A stretch of DNA of 64,000 bases from an uncultured Flavobacteriales bacterium (GTDB taxonomy: Bacteria; Pseudomonadota; Alphaproteobacteria; UBA8366; CAVOAK01), in contig CAYQNO010000002.1 in the NCBI GenBank assembly GCA_964419045.1, positions 6-64,005 of the forward strand. The letters run 5' to 3'. A program made the position numbers and the translations under genes. The notes below the pieces were generated by a model. It ran no database searches and was not told where the DNA came from. It saw only the letters and a list, made by a program, of their open reading frames with translations. Below, piece by piece: positions 63,705-64,000 of the stretch (the first letter of the stretch is position 1; every line of letters starts with the position of its first letter).

Positions 63705-64000
63705 ATAGCAAAAGAGATACATTCAGTTGCGGTTCTTGGAGCAGGTACTATGGGTGCCGGCATCGCTGGTTTATGTGCTCAACAAGGTTGCCGAGTACTT
63801 ATGCTCGACCTATCCATAGAGGATGCGGAAAAGGGTTTGGAGCGGATCGTGTCTGGGCGCCCACCAGCAATTGACGATGTTGGGAAGGCAGAGAATATAA
63901 GTTTAGGAACGTTTGATAGAGATCTTAAAAATATTCAGGAATACGATTGGGTGTGTGAGGCTATAGTTGAGGATCTTCAAACTAAGCGCGAGTTAATAGC
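63705..64000 (+). CDS. 3-hydroxyacyl-CoA dehydrogenase, 5' part, truncated by the window
   Basis: Manual translation gives AKEIHSVAVLGAGTMGAGIA...DWVCEAIVEDLQTK. The start is either ATA 63705 or ATG 63651. Confidence 0.88.
   Translation, partial: MAKEIHSVAVLGAGTMGAGIAGLCAQQGCRVLMLDLSIEDAEKGLERIVSGRPPAIDDVGKAENISLGTFDRDLKNIQEYDWVCEAIVEDLQTKRELI

Overview
This window looks like chromosomal DNA from an alphaproteobacterium, probably Rhodospirillales-like; that is inferred from gene order and the permuted tmRNA. Bases 1-37.7 kb are mostly core genome: a Tad/Cpa pilus operon (cpaBCDEF-tadBC plus a convergent tadD), a Crp-family regulator, a Sel1 protein, sspB with a two-piece ssrA, thyA-folA, frmA-fghA, mrp, hflKC-degP, a decayed serB, miaA, ilvBNC, leuA and mreBCD-mrdA-rodA. 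After tRNA-Lys(CTT) at 37751 comes a roughly 23 kb accessory region of mixed base composition with no integrase. It holds three atypical M19 dipeptidase paralogs, a GST, a class V PLP enzyme, a hydantoinase/oxoprolinase pair, an orphan amino-acid binding protein, an exported caspase-like protease, a very AT-rich orphan m6A methyltransferase, an LLM monooxygenase, an amidase and two TauD dioxygenases. A degenerate copy of the tRNA 3' half at 42430-42474 marks an old integration site. The best candidate for an undescribed system is the GST / M19 dipeptidase / PLP enzyme / oxoprolinase cluster, which resembles glutathione-conjugate processing; this is inference only. All calls come from reading motifs by eye, and no searches were run.
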